Positions 41,801 to 50,197 of a DNA stretch of 64,000 bases are shown in pieces. A program made the position numbers and the translations under genes. Source of the DNA: Kiritimatiellia bacterium. Its GTDB lineage: Bacteria > Verrucomicrobiota > Kiritimatiellia > CAIVKH01. The stretch covers positions 76 through 64,075 of the forward strand of contig DAOLDL010000003.1 in NCBI GenBank assembly GCA_035327305.1, in the 5' to 3' direction. Below the pieces are notes generated by a model. It was not told the DNA's origin. It made no database searches and saw only the letters and a program-made list of their open reading frames with translations. The first letter of the stretch is position 1. Every line of letters begins with the position of its first letter.

Positions 41801-43367
41801 CACAGTTGCCTTTCAGCGCCTTTATCAGCGATAATTGCAATGAGCTTTTGCGGTCTAGATTATCGGCGACAATCCGTTCAAGAAGCATGACCGCCGCATT
41901 CATGGCGCCATTGCGCATTGCGGAATCGGCGAGATTACGCCAGGCGGATATCCCGCGCGTCGCATCCAGAAGCGAACGCGCATCGGAGAACGCGCGAATC
42001 TTCACCAATGCTTCCAAAACCTTGACCAAGTCCTCATCGGCAACCGGTCCGTCATGCCTGAATGCCCTCTCCCAGTATCGCAGAGCTTCAGCATCATCAC
42101 CGGACTCCCACATGAGCCACCCGAGCGAACGAGCTGACTCAAAACCATCGGGATCGTAATTAAGCGATTCATGCAGAAGCCATATCCGTTCATGAACCGG
42201 ACGGGATTCCGCGACCAGCCGACAGGCACCTGCCATCAATACATTCGATTGTTCACCACGGATATTTTTTAACGCATGGAGTCCCTGCCGAAGATCATCA
42301 AAGGAAAGTACGAAGCGGGCGCGTCCTCTGGCCATGGCTTCAATTATATTATCCGGCGCCACGTCACGCTCGATTTCCTCCACTTCACGAAACAATCCGG
42401 TCGCCAGATAATAAAAATGTCGAAGTTCGACTACGCGTTCATTCGTCGGAGAAAGTGCGACGGCGCGACGGACACAAGCGATGGCTTCGCTTGCATTTCC
42501 CGCCTGGAAATGTGCGTCAGCAATCCATGCCAGCCAACCCGGACGCACAGCATCCAGATGCTCCAGTCCCCGCGACCAGGCGTTCGCGGCATCCTGCCAA
42601 TTTTCACCGTACCAGTAATGCCATCCCAAATCCGACCACAGACTTGCCCGCCCTGGATTTAACCGTATTGCTTTTTCGTATTCAGTGACTGCTTCAGTGG
42701 AGAGTTCGCGTCGCGCCAGATCACGTGCCCGTTGCTGATGAATCAGGCTTCGCAAATCCACATACGCATTGAAATCATCCACGTCGTCATACCCCTCAAT
42801 CCCGCCGGTCAGGATATCTTGACGAAAAATCGCATACAATTGCTTCAACGTGTCATCAGCAACTGAAGGCAGTATTTTTGAAATCAGCATCGCGGCGGCG
42901 GAGTCCCTTTTTTTCTCCAACAAAATGCCCAACCACCGGATAATTGTGTCATTGGGCCGGCCCCGCAGACCTTCAACCGGAATTGCCTTCAGCAGGTTGT
43001 TTGCATCATCAAGGCGATTCATCCGCAAAAGCAGATCGACATTCCATGTGATGGAAAGTGACATCCAGTCGGCATCGAGTTTCCAAGCTTTCTCCAGCGC
43101 TTGAAGCGCTTCCTGGTCGCGATTGCCAAGCATCAAGGCGCGACCGAATTGACGCCATGCCTCGGCATGGGCGGGATCAAGAGATACGGCGCGTTCCGCG
43201 TGAACAATGGCATCGCTGATGTGTCCTCCGGTCAAAGCCTGACGCGACGCGGACACGGCCTCATGTACGGTAGCGCTTTCCGCGTATGAGCTTGGCAACC
43301 ACCCGCTCGCATGCGCACTCATAAATACGAAAAGTATGGCAGACGATAATTTAGCGATGATCTGCAT
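38802..43367 (-). CDS. Outer-membrane exopolysaccharide export protein, 1521 aa. It has a long N-terminal TPR scaffold, a central deacetylase/hydrolase-like insert and a C-terminal beta-barrel porin (PgaA/BcsC/PelB-like fusion).
   Basis: Signal peptide. About 900 aa of TPR-like helical repeats. A central region of roughly 200 aa (around aa 930-1130) with a putative metal-binding stretch FVYPHGDCGHMSHD. The C-terminal ~400 aa shows alternating beta-strand patterning and ends in an aromatic residue (…EIGLKARF), the canonical OMP C-terminal signature. Confidence 0.65.
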   Translation of the reverse strand: MQIIAKLSSAILFVFMSAHASGWLPSSYAESATVHEAVSASRQALTGGHISDAIVHAERAVSLDPAHAEAWRQFGRALMLGNRDQEALQALEKAWKLDADWMSLSITWNVDLLLRMNRLDDANNLLKAIPVEGLRGRPNDTIIRWLGILLEKKRDSAAAMLISKILPSVADDTLKQLYAIFRQDILTGGIEGYDDVDDFNAYVDLRSLIHQQRARDLARRELSTEAVTEYEKAIRLNPGRASLWSDLGWHYWYGENWQDAANAWSRGLEHLDAVRPGWLAWIADAHFQAGNASEAIACVRRAVALSPTNERVVELRHFYYLATGLFREVEEIERDVAPDNIIEAMARGRARFVLSFDDLRQGLHALKNIRGEQSNVLMAGACRLVAESRPVHERIWLLHESLNYDPDGFESARSLGWLMWESGDDAEALRYWERAFRHDGPVADEDLVKVLEALVKIRAFSDARSLLDATRGISAWRNLADSAMRNGAMNAAVMLLERIVADNLDRKSSLQLSLIKALKGNCDAWSHELPALTPGDLPTFDHVEVDLLYEIAAICRDNQALGEIMRGYVGDQPYYDPLITTLLLGFADEFAMNSEPETAYTLYRRIIARDPASSAWLQAARLAPRFESPRNVDDFFMNALLAPVPPAVHYRIKAMQSRRVGKISDAVMFVMESLDRDSGQPDLRLELFDMLMADERYAEAVSQVNWWGARLRSRGTFGADKFSDMLVSLGREPEIFALWTESVRNVHDGVYFLQTAADALVRACRHDEAIYLIELGLRKFPAHQLFSRAIELARAKGDYEVAASLAEAGIESSPTPDLYRVSAEIAEGLFDWPAAFAYASEYLKHNPAHAGMNRLVARADDIINNTEGGAVIRNKAHGRNIPASIRRLKPLAQLAPESAVPVLAYKSLSVCQMDGQNHVGQLKNHMRQLLAAGYTFIFPFELEHAVANPGQQVIMVLVHPSPDVLPELDAFMAKHQVKVVLAVDVSVFRHMLPRETSRTSFVDLQQSGRWLVATTGPEHISNTRGVASAFLGNPLIHRIIKSDESVETVAEMEARLNQWLGDAARSIPEGIPRMFVYPHGDCGHMSHDPGKEEVDILRNVTRKYFDYVLALDEHGFVTPGYDRMRIPFRAIPPPRTMELVMLDGADDINEYLRSNNPVIQAKVEMARRLNQQGQHARAHALYQEVSDSGVDPSLFMYDWGSNSLERGDLPAALSKLRTAAQAGSLDQDQVFRLLEKAEKELRPQLVVNFDNIHDTDDRSANRFGVAGHWHIQEDIRLGARAEHSNHRRTSLGDVDGFRLGMEGLWFFTNERRLRSELQWIQWSDNEPKNQAVGSLFLHSENRVLNGSWELGYQRDIVPTVEAIRENIRYDAFSWSVNSIMLNQFDAHARGNYLLRTDDNDAVKLAGQIVYRLMDSPYVGAGYKVRQERNDDTVPEYYSPEKLEYHALLGAFTGNCGLISYELNTEWGIARETATEWEDVWNITIRLAYDFGGEVQCFGGFTRMEMPTYEEKTWEIGLKARF

Positions 43368-45273
43368 AAATCACCCGCGTAACGCCCGGCGGGAAAAGCT
43401 CGATCTGCCTGGTGGTAACCGCCAATCTCCGTGCCGGAGTATATTTCCTGGCTTCCTCCAAGCTCATCTCGACCTGGCCCTCATCCCCCGCGATCAACAA
43501 CATCTCATTTGTTCCTATCCTGACTTGTTGCTTCAACAATTCCATCGCTTCATCCACGGAAACGATGAAGGTGACTTGATATCCCAGGTCGCGGAACGCG
43601 GCGGCCAGTTCCGGATCATAGCCCGTAACGGCGAATCGCGTAACCAGCATGCGCACGGACGGCATATTGAAGATGGCGGCGACTCGTTTAGCCAGCTCAT
43701 GTGCGTCAGCCCGGGTATATTTTCGATGTGTGGTGATGACCGGAACCGTATTGATTCCATCTCGCGCCGCACGCATAACCTCCACTTGCCGATGCTCGGA
43801 CAACGGATGCAGTCGATCGACATCCAACCATACCGGGAGAAGCGCGCTGGCCTGCTCTCTCATTGCATCCGATAGTTGATGGTACCTTCCATCCAGCAGA
43901 AACAGAGGTTTCAATGGGAGATAGTGTACCGGCTGAACTTGAATTTCGCCGCCCTCCGAGCCGATCCAAAATTGACCGTGCGTAAATTGACGGGAAATCG
44001 GAACGGATCGGGCAAACATTTCCTGATCGTGAGATACCCAAATGCGGTTGTTCTTGATTCGCAGGAAAATATGGTGAGTGTCATCCAGATTATTGGTTCG
44101 GGTTGTCGAGGCCAGTGTTTGCAATTTCCCAAGTCGCTTTTCCTGGAGTCGAACGGTCTGGTTTTGAATGGAGACCCGCAAGAAGGCGTGTGGTCCGGCG
44201 TAACGAACATACAAGGCGGCAACGGTTCCCGTTGAAATCCTCATGGTGACACCCGCCTCGAAATCACCCCAGAAATCGCTTCCTCGAAGAAGAGCCGAAC
44301 CGTTAGCGCCAAGCAGAATGGAATCACCATCCATGACGCCATTTCCAATGTACCAGCCGGTTTGTAATCCCGATGCGGGATACCATTCTTCCAGAGCACG
44401 AAGCAAATCCTCCGGCGACCATACGCCTTGTACCCTCATACGGGTAAGTGCGTACGGATCAGCGGTCTGACCGTTAAAAGGACTTCCTTCCTGCGTGAAT
44501 GCAATTCGATGAAACTGCTTGAGCGCTCCCTGATTGATGGTCGATGCGAGAGGATCCACATCCCGCCCCTCTCCCGGATCACCATAGGGATATAAATATG
44601 CTTGAATCGGACGGCTGGTGGCGCGAGCGAGAATATCTGCGGCGACCCGGTAGTCACGCGTAAGACGATCTTCAAACATGCCGTCGGTCTCGACATTATT
44701 TCTTACCCAGGCGCGTCGACTTAAAAAATTACCCTCCTTGCCGGCGGGATCAACGGCAATGCGTTTAATTGCTTCATGTCCCATACTGGCCAGCGACCAA
44801 TTCGGGTGCCGGGTGATCCGGCGCAAGTCGGTTTTGTCGATAAAATGATTTCCCCAGTATTCGGTTACTTCGGTAGGCACGAACAGTGTGCCGGTCATTC
44901 GATGTTTGATCAGACGCGGCGTTGCCCATACCATGTGATCCTTGCGCCCGCCTTCAAACATCAGCAAAACGGCTTTTCGCGGCAATGGCGCGTCACGATA
45001 ATAAAAGGACTCAATATCATCCGTATTGATCGTGCTATATCCGTGATCCTTAAGAGCGTCGAGAAACGCATCCAGCTTGGCCGGGGAAACATACCGTGGA
45101 TTATCGCTGTCCGCGATGCCTTCAAAAGACAACGCAAAGAATCCATCCCAACCCACATCGTCGCCCCATTCGGTGTCCGGGAGAGGATCCTTGCGAATAA
45201 AGAAATTGACAAGGGTGACAAAAAGAAATGCCACGATCAGCCATTGGGCGATGATGAATGCTTTTTTCATCAT
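43351..45273 (-). CDS. Membrane-anchored polysaccharide N-deacetylase/hydrolase (PgaB-like two-domain protein), 640 aa.
   Basis: N-terminal TM helix, then a CE4/NodB-like region (FALSFEGIADSD...VLLMFEGGRKDH...GTLFVPT) and a C-terminal domain about 300 aa long, as in PgaB. It sits between the synthase and exporter genes. Confidence 0.6.
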   Translation of the reverse strand: MMKKAFIIAQWLIVAFLFVTLVNFFIRKDPLPDTEWGDDVGWDGFFALSFEGIADSDNPRYVSPAKLDAFLDALKDHGYSTINTDDIESFYYRDAPLPRKAVLLMFEGGRKDHMVWATPRLIKHRMTGTLFVPTEVTEYWGNHFIDKTDLRRITRHPNWSLASMGHEAIKRIAVDPAGKEGNFLSRRAWVRNNVETDGMFEDRLTRDYRVAADILARATSRPIQAYLYPYGDPGEGRDVDPLASTINQGALKQFHRIAFTQEGSPFNGQTADPYALTRMRVQGVWSPEDLLRALEEWYPASGLQTGWYIGNGVMDGDSILLGANGSALLRGSDFWGDFEAGVTMRISTGTVAALYVRYAGPHAFLRVSIQNQTVRLQEKRLGKLQTLASTTRTNNLDDTHHIFLRIKNNRIWVSHDQEMFARSVPISRQFTHGQFWIGSEGGEIQVQPVHYLPLKPLFLLDGRYHQLSDAMREQASALLPVWLDVDRLHPLSEHRQVEVMRAARDGINTVPVITTHRKYTRADAHELAKRVAAIFNMPSVRMLVTRFAVTGYDPELAAAFRDLGYQVTFIVSVDEAMELLKQQVRIGTNEMLLIAGDEGQVEMSLEEARKYTPARRLAVTTRQIELFPPGVTRVIYADHR

Positions 45274-46940
45274 ACTTCGCCCTTTTCACTACTGCGTGTT
45301 TGGCGTGTTCCCCACGAGGAAACCCAGAACGTAAGCACCGCCCACGGCACTTGCCACACCAGCACCAAAAGGTAATAGAAACAGAATATTACGCCGTAAA
45401 ACCAGAGTCGGGATCGCTTCACCAACAGATAAGCCGCGCTCATGAGCGCGCTCATCAGGAAAATGCCGAAAAGGTACATGGCCGGTGTTCCCTGCTGAAA
45501 AACGGGAATGTAAACCAATGCCCGCATAACCACGGCGGGACTGATGACGGGAAGAATAAATCCCGCATAAAACGAAAGCCACATCAACGGTTGCCGTTTC
45601 CAAATGAAAAAGCAGGCTTTCAGCGACTCCCTAAACCATGAGCGCTTCCAACGCATCTGTTGGCGTAGGAATGTGCGATGCCGGGTCGGCACCATGGTGG
45701 TGGTGCGGGCGCGGGCATCGTATTTCAATTTCCAGCCGCGACGAATCAATTTATTCGTCAATGACCGGTCATCACCAAACGTCGCCGGCTGACCAAAGAA
45801 AGCTTGATTGATCCAACCGTCCAGAATGCCCAGCAGTGGTTCCCGACGATATGCCGTAAACGGTCCGGACAAGCAAGTAACCGTGTCAAAAATGCTTTCC
45901 GCCGCTTTAAGCACGCGGAATCCGATGAAATATCGGACCGCCTGCATTTTGGTCAGCATGTTAACCGAGGCATTTTCGACATCGCAATGCCCGGTAACCG
46001 CGGCAACCTCCGGGTCGGCAAAACCGTCGACGATTTTGGATAATGCATCGGGACACAAGAAGCTGTCGGAATCGGTGTAGACGATAATTTCACCTGAAGC
46101 CACGCGGGTTCCGGCCGCCAGGGCATGGCGTTTGCCCTGCTGTTCCTCGAGGTGAATGATTACCAGGTCAGGATATTTTTTCTTAGCCCGGTACATGGCG
46201 GCCAGGGTTTCGTCCGTACTGCCATCGTTGATTGCGATGACCTGCAATTTGTCCGCCGGATAATCCGACTCAAACGCGTGGCTTATTGTGCGTTCGATAT
46301 ACTGTTCTTCGTTGTGCGTTGGAATCAGCACCGTAAGCGGAGGCTTCTCCTTGACCGGCCGGGGTGCGCGATAACAGGCCGCGAAAATAAAGCGGCTTAC
46401 CAGATATGCCCCGACGGAAATGGTGTACAGGAAAACGGGCACATCAAACCAGAAGTAATAAAGATTCTGATAACGGGCAATGATGGTAAGGCTTGCCGCG
46501 ACGAAGAGTACAATTACCGATATCCAGAGCAGGTAATTCCATGTGGTTCGTGACAAGCGCAGACTTAACCGTTCGCCAAACTGCACTCCGACTTCACCGG
46601 ATTTTTCGTGACGGACTTTTACCGTGCCATCGACTTCATAATCGCGGGCGGCAAATTCTTCCGGCATGGCGCCTTCCGGAATGTGAAATCTTAATTTAAT
46701 TTTCTCATGATCACCGGGAAGGTCCAATCCGGAAAGGCGGAGTCCGCCATCCGAAATATCCGAGGCCTTGGCCCGTATGATCTGTTGATTCGGCCCTGAA
46801 CCGATGATTATTTCCACCGGGAAATCGACTTTGTAGCGGGGGGATTGACGCCGGTCGCTGGCATTAGGACGTGAAAGCGCCCTCAATCGCCGGTCGGGGA
46901 TTCTAACCGGATGTATTTGTTTGCCGGTTTCTTCGCTCAT
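45270..46940 (-). CDS. Processive GT2 polysaccharide synthase with an N-terminal PilZ c-di-GMP-binding domain (PgaC/BcsA/Alg44-like hybrid).
   Basis: Canonical PilZ motifs RRQSPR (RxxxR) and DISDGG (DxSxGG) in the first 100 aa. GT2 motifs DGSTDET and YTDSDS, Q(Q)xRW as QQMRWKRSW, and multiple TM helices N- and C-terminal to the GT domain. Confidence 0.75.
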   Translation of the reverse strand: MSEETGKQIHPVRIPDRRLRALSRPNASDRRQSPRYKVDFPVEIIIGSGPNQQIIRAKASDISDGGLRLSGLDLPGDHEKIKLRFHIPEGAMPEEFAARDYEVDGTVKVRHEKSGEVGVQFGERLSLRLSRTTWNYLLWISVIVLFVAASLTIIARYQNLYYFWFDVPVFLYTISVGAYLVSRFIFAACYRAPRPVKEKPPLTVLIPTHNEEQYIERTISHAFESDYPADKLQVIAINDGSTDETLAAMYRAKKKYPDLVIIHLEEQQGKRHALAAGTRVASGEIIVYTDSDSFLCPDALSKIVDGFADPEVAAVTGHCDVENASVNMLTKMQAVRYFIGFRVLKAAESIFDTVTCLSGPFTAYRREPLLGILDGWINQAFFGQPATFGDDRSLTNKLIRRGWKLKYDARARTTTMVPTRHRTFLRQQMRWKRSWFRESLKACFFIWKRQPLMWLSFYAGFILPVISPAVVMRALVYIPVFQQGTPAMYLFGIFLMSALMSAAYLLVKRSRLWFYGVIFCFYYLLVLVWQVPWAVLTFWVSSWGTRQTRSSEKGEV

Positions 46941-47165
46941 TTACGTCGATTCTCTGCACAATTCCGGCAACCCGATGCCCCTCTCCCGGAAAAGTGCCCT
47001 GACTCCTCACATCCTTATAATGGCGTGAAAGTAACACAGCGACAAACAAGCGACAAAACAAAACTGGAGAGAACTGCCCGGGTTAATTTTGGCCGGTTTT
47101 AAGATTTAACTATGAACGAACCGACGTAATGTCATTCGAGGCCGATACCGATTCTTGAAACCTGG

Positions 47166-48119
47166 TTAAAGACGTCGCCGCACTTTTTCCCAGTCATCTC
47201 TTTGCCAAAGCAGGTTACCTGTGTTAAACAAATAACCGTTGTCGTGAGCAAAAGTTCCGATTCCCTTGAAAGTAACCTTTCCGGATACACTTTCCCGCTC
47301 TTTGATAGTAGCGATATCACCTGCCCTTATCGGGCCGTTCCACGAGTCAATGGTGTAATTCTTCCGTCCTTTAGTGCCGGAATAATTCAACATGCTGTAG
47401 TGGGCATCCTTTGACACAAAACCGCATATATATGCTGGAATGGGTTTAAAAGTAGGCAGTTTTTCATATAACTCGTCCGACTCCTGTGACGTCAGACTTC
47501 CCACATCCTGACCGCGTTTCAATACTTTATCCTTGAATACACTGATTGCTTTAAAGAATGCAAACAGATGGTCCCGGCCGATGCCAACTTTGACAAGAAT
47601 ATGGATATCGGAGTGGTTAAACTGATCCCCCGGAATATCCAACCAAATACCATTCCATTTAGTGGTTTTAATGCCTACCTTGATTTTTGGAGATCGGTAC
47701 TCACCGCGTTGCTCTTTAATCATGTGAATATCGGTCGGCAGGTAGTCTTGTAACGCCCCAACCTCATGCCCAAGTTGCGTATCAATGTCCCACTTCTTTT
47801 TTAGATACAGAGCAAGCGCCAACTCCCCCAAGTAACCTCTTGTCATATCTGCCCAAAGTTGGCCTAAATCTCTTTGGCGTGAACCACCGTAATCCGTGGC
47901 GGCGGTTTTACCTAAAATTTTTAATGCGTCGACGCACATACGGGAATACCCCGCCTCGTCAATCATTACTATACTTGGTAAAAGTCTTTGCTCGATCCAC
48001 GATTTTGCATTGAATTGCTTTGTTATTTCTCCGCCGGCAACTCCCTTTTCAAGAATCTTGGATGCTTCTTCCTCTTCCACGCCTAAATTACGGGTTATGG
48101 CCTCTATCTCGTCGCGCAT
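47166..48119 (-). CDS. Putative Type II restriction endonuclease (partner of the upstream methyltransferase).
   Basis: No named family recognised. Assignment rests on its position immediately downstream of, and overlapping, a C5-cytosine DNA methyltransferase in a visibly AT-richer island. Confidence 0.45.
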   Translation of the reverse strand: MRDEIEAITRNLGVEEEEASKILEKGVAGGEITKQFNAKSWIEQRLLPSIVMIDEAGYSRMCVDALKILGKTAATDYGGSRQRDLGQLWADMTRGYLGELALALYLKKKWDIDTQLGHEVGALQDYLPTDIHMIKEQRGEYRSPKIKVGIKTTKWNGIWLDIPGDQFNHSDIHILVKVGIGRDHLFAFFKAISVFKDKVLKRGQDVGSLTSQESDELYEKLPTFKPIPAYICGFVSKDAHYSMLNYSGTKGRKNYTIDSWNGPIRAGDIATIKERESVSGKVTFKGIGTFAHDNGYLFNTGNLLWQRDDWEKVRRRL

Positions 48120-49234
48120 GCCAATCTCCCGTTGAACGATGAAAACTCAAAGAGTTCCGGTGATTCGATCCACGAAGGTGTTACGCTCTCGTATTGAATA
48201 CCGGCCAGTGTTTTCAAGATGGCAGTAAAAACAATTTCCGACATAAGAGGCGATACCGCCATTCCAATCTGCTTCCGCACACTTTCCTTGGAACCTTCGA
48301 ATATAAAATCGTCTGGAAATGTCTGAAGTCTGGCCCGTTCTCTATTGGTGAGAGCTCGTGGCTCTTCCCAATGATATCCATGCGTCCCACCTCCTCCACT
48401 TCCTGTAATCGTGTATGAAGGGCGATCCGGATGTAGTCGCTTATAAATATGACTTAGACGTGTATTTTTTACGTTCAGCTTTAAATGATCCGGCAGATTG
48501 GCGGTCCAGGCATTTTCACCCGGACGCGTTCTCTTTAGCCTCTCAATAACGGTTTTTGATTGAACTGTGCGCTCATTATTGGCCGCATCTGCAGGTATGG
48601 GGGGAACCAGCAAAGCCTGCCTCGCCGTGACCTGCTTATGAGTCGTAAAGGGAGCCGGCACTCGGAATACGCGATTGAGCGACCTGTCCAGTCCAACGAT
48701 GATCATGCGATGACGTGCTTGAGGAATACCATATTCTTCAAATTTATATAGATGGACCGTAAGCTCATACCCGTTACCTGCATTTTTAAGGTCCGACAAT
48801 ATTTTTTTAAAAGCCGTGCCGTCATTAACGCTTGTAATTCCACCAACGTTTTCAGCAACAAAAAAGGTGGGCTTAAAGTGATTGATAATTTTCACGCCAT
48901 ACATGTACAGAGGACCAAATGCACCGTGAAACCCTCGTTTTTCCCCTACGATACTGAAGTCATTGCAAGGAAACCCGTAAGCGAATGCGTTTATGTTGCC
49001 AAGCGTATTCAAATCAAGCTCGCGAACGTCACGACAAATAACACTTTGAGGTCCCTCCGGGCAAATATTTCGCGTATAAGTGGCGCAGGTATCCGGATCG
49101 AAGTCATTAGCCCAGGCATGCTCTATTGAATATGAAATACCACCTTTGCGTACTCGAGATCTCAAGGCCCCGAGCGCGAGTCCTCCTGGCCCACAAAACA
49201 GTTCACCCAGGCGATATATTACCTTTTTTGACAA
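48104..49234 (-). CDS. DNA (cytosine-5)-methyltransferase.
   Basis: C5-MTase motifs: I LFCGPGG, IV GFPCNDFS, VI ENVGG, VIII QARHRMIIVG. A variable target-recognition region before motif IX. Confidence 0.85.
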   Translation of the reverse strand: MSKKVIYRLGELFCGPGGLALGALRSRVRKGGISYSIEHAWANDFDPDTCATYTRNICPEGPQSVICRDVRELDLNTLGNINAFAYGFPCNDFSIVGEKRGFHGAFGPLYMYGVKIINHFKPTFFVAENVGGITSVNDGTAFKKILSDLKNAGNGYELTVHLYKFEEYGIPQARHRMIIVGLDRSLNRVFRVPAPFTTHKQVTARQALLVPPIPADAANNERTVQSKTVIERLKRTRPGENAWTANLPDHLKLNVKNTRLSHIYKRLHPDRPSYTITGSGGGGTHGYHWEEPRALTNRERARLQTFPDDFIFEGSKESVRKQIGMAVSPLMSEIVFTAILKTLAGIQYESVTPSWIESPELFEFSSFNGRLACATR

Positions 49235-49513
49235 AGTAGTTGCCTCATTCTCATCAGCGTGTGAATTTCTGGCATTATTTTATTCATTCCCATTTTAAAC
49301 AGCAGTTAGGCAATAAAAGTTTCCGGAATAAATGATATTCACGATTCGAGTGCAATTCAAGTTTGGTCTCGTTACCACTTCTGGGAAATTGGCCATTTAT
49401 TGGCGCTAATTCTTCGTCATGCGCCGCACGGAGGCGTTACTTCACCAAAACTGCACGGCGCGCGGTAGTTCGCCGCTCCAGAATAATAATCATATCAGAA
49501 ACAAAGGGCGGAG

Positions 49514-50161
49514 CTATGCGACGCCGCTGGGTATCTGGGTGTCGTGATGCTTTTCGAAAGCTTCAATTTCCGCCAGATGCTTCAGGCTTAATGCTATGTC
49601 ATCCAAACCGTGCAACAGATGTTCTTTGACCACGGGATCGACATCGAAATGAAAGGCAACTTCTTCATCCAGATGCAGGATGATCCGTTGTTCATCAAGA
49701 TCAATCGTCGCTTCCACATTGGTGAAGCGGCCGACCAACTCAAATATCTTGTCAACTTCCGCCTCGCTTAATTCGATGGTCAGCATCCCATTCTTCACAC
49801 AATTGTTGCGAAAAATGTCCGCGAATGCCGGAACAATCGCACCGCTGATCTCCCGGCGCGGGGCAATGATGGCTTTAAAGCCGTACTGCATAACCGCCCA
49901 GACCGCATGTTCACGACTGGAACCACATCCGAAATTGTTGCGCGTCACCAGAATCGACGCGCCGGCGAAATGCGGAGCATTCAATTCAAAATCCGGATTC
50001 GGCGTTCCATCGGCCAGATAGCGCCAGTCAAAGAAAAGACTTTCGCCAAAACCGGTCCGTTTGATCGATTTCAAAAACTGTTTGGGAATGATGGCGTCGG
50101 TATCGATGTTTGATCGATCCAACGTGGCCAGCAATCCGCGATGTGTGGTAAATGGTTCCAT
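49514..50161 (-). CDS. leuD: 3-isopropylmalate dehydratase small subunit.
   Basis: LeuD signature NNFGCGSSREHA, about 215 aa, immediately downstream of leuC. Confidence 0.85.
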   Translation of the reverse strand: MEPFTTHRGLLATLDRSNIDTDAIIPKQFLKSIKRTGFGESLFFDWRYLADGTPNPDFELNAPHFAGASILVTRNNFGCGSSREHAVWAVMQYGFKAIIAPRREISGAIVPAFADIFRNNCVKNGMLTIELSEAEVDKIFELVGRFTNVEATIDLDEQRIILHLDEEVAFHFDVDPVVKEHLLHGLDDIALSLKHLAEIEAFEKHHDTQIPSGVA

Positions 50162-50197
50162 GATAATTCTCCCGTCGCGACTGGATCGATGATGAAC

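Noticed and set aside
38802-46940. Numerous 60-200 aa ORFs on the plus strand across the EPS operon, and the 194-aa minus ORF at 11104-11688 and similar inside the sensor kinase.
   Set aside because: They are antisense or out-of-frame shadows within strongly supported long genes.
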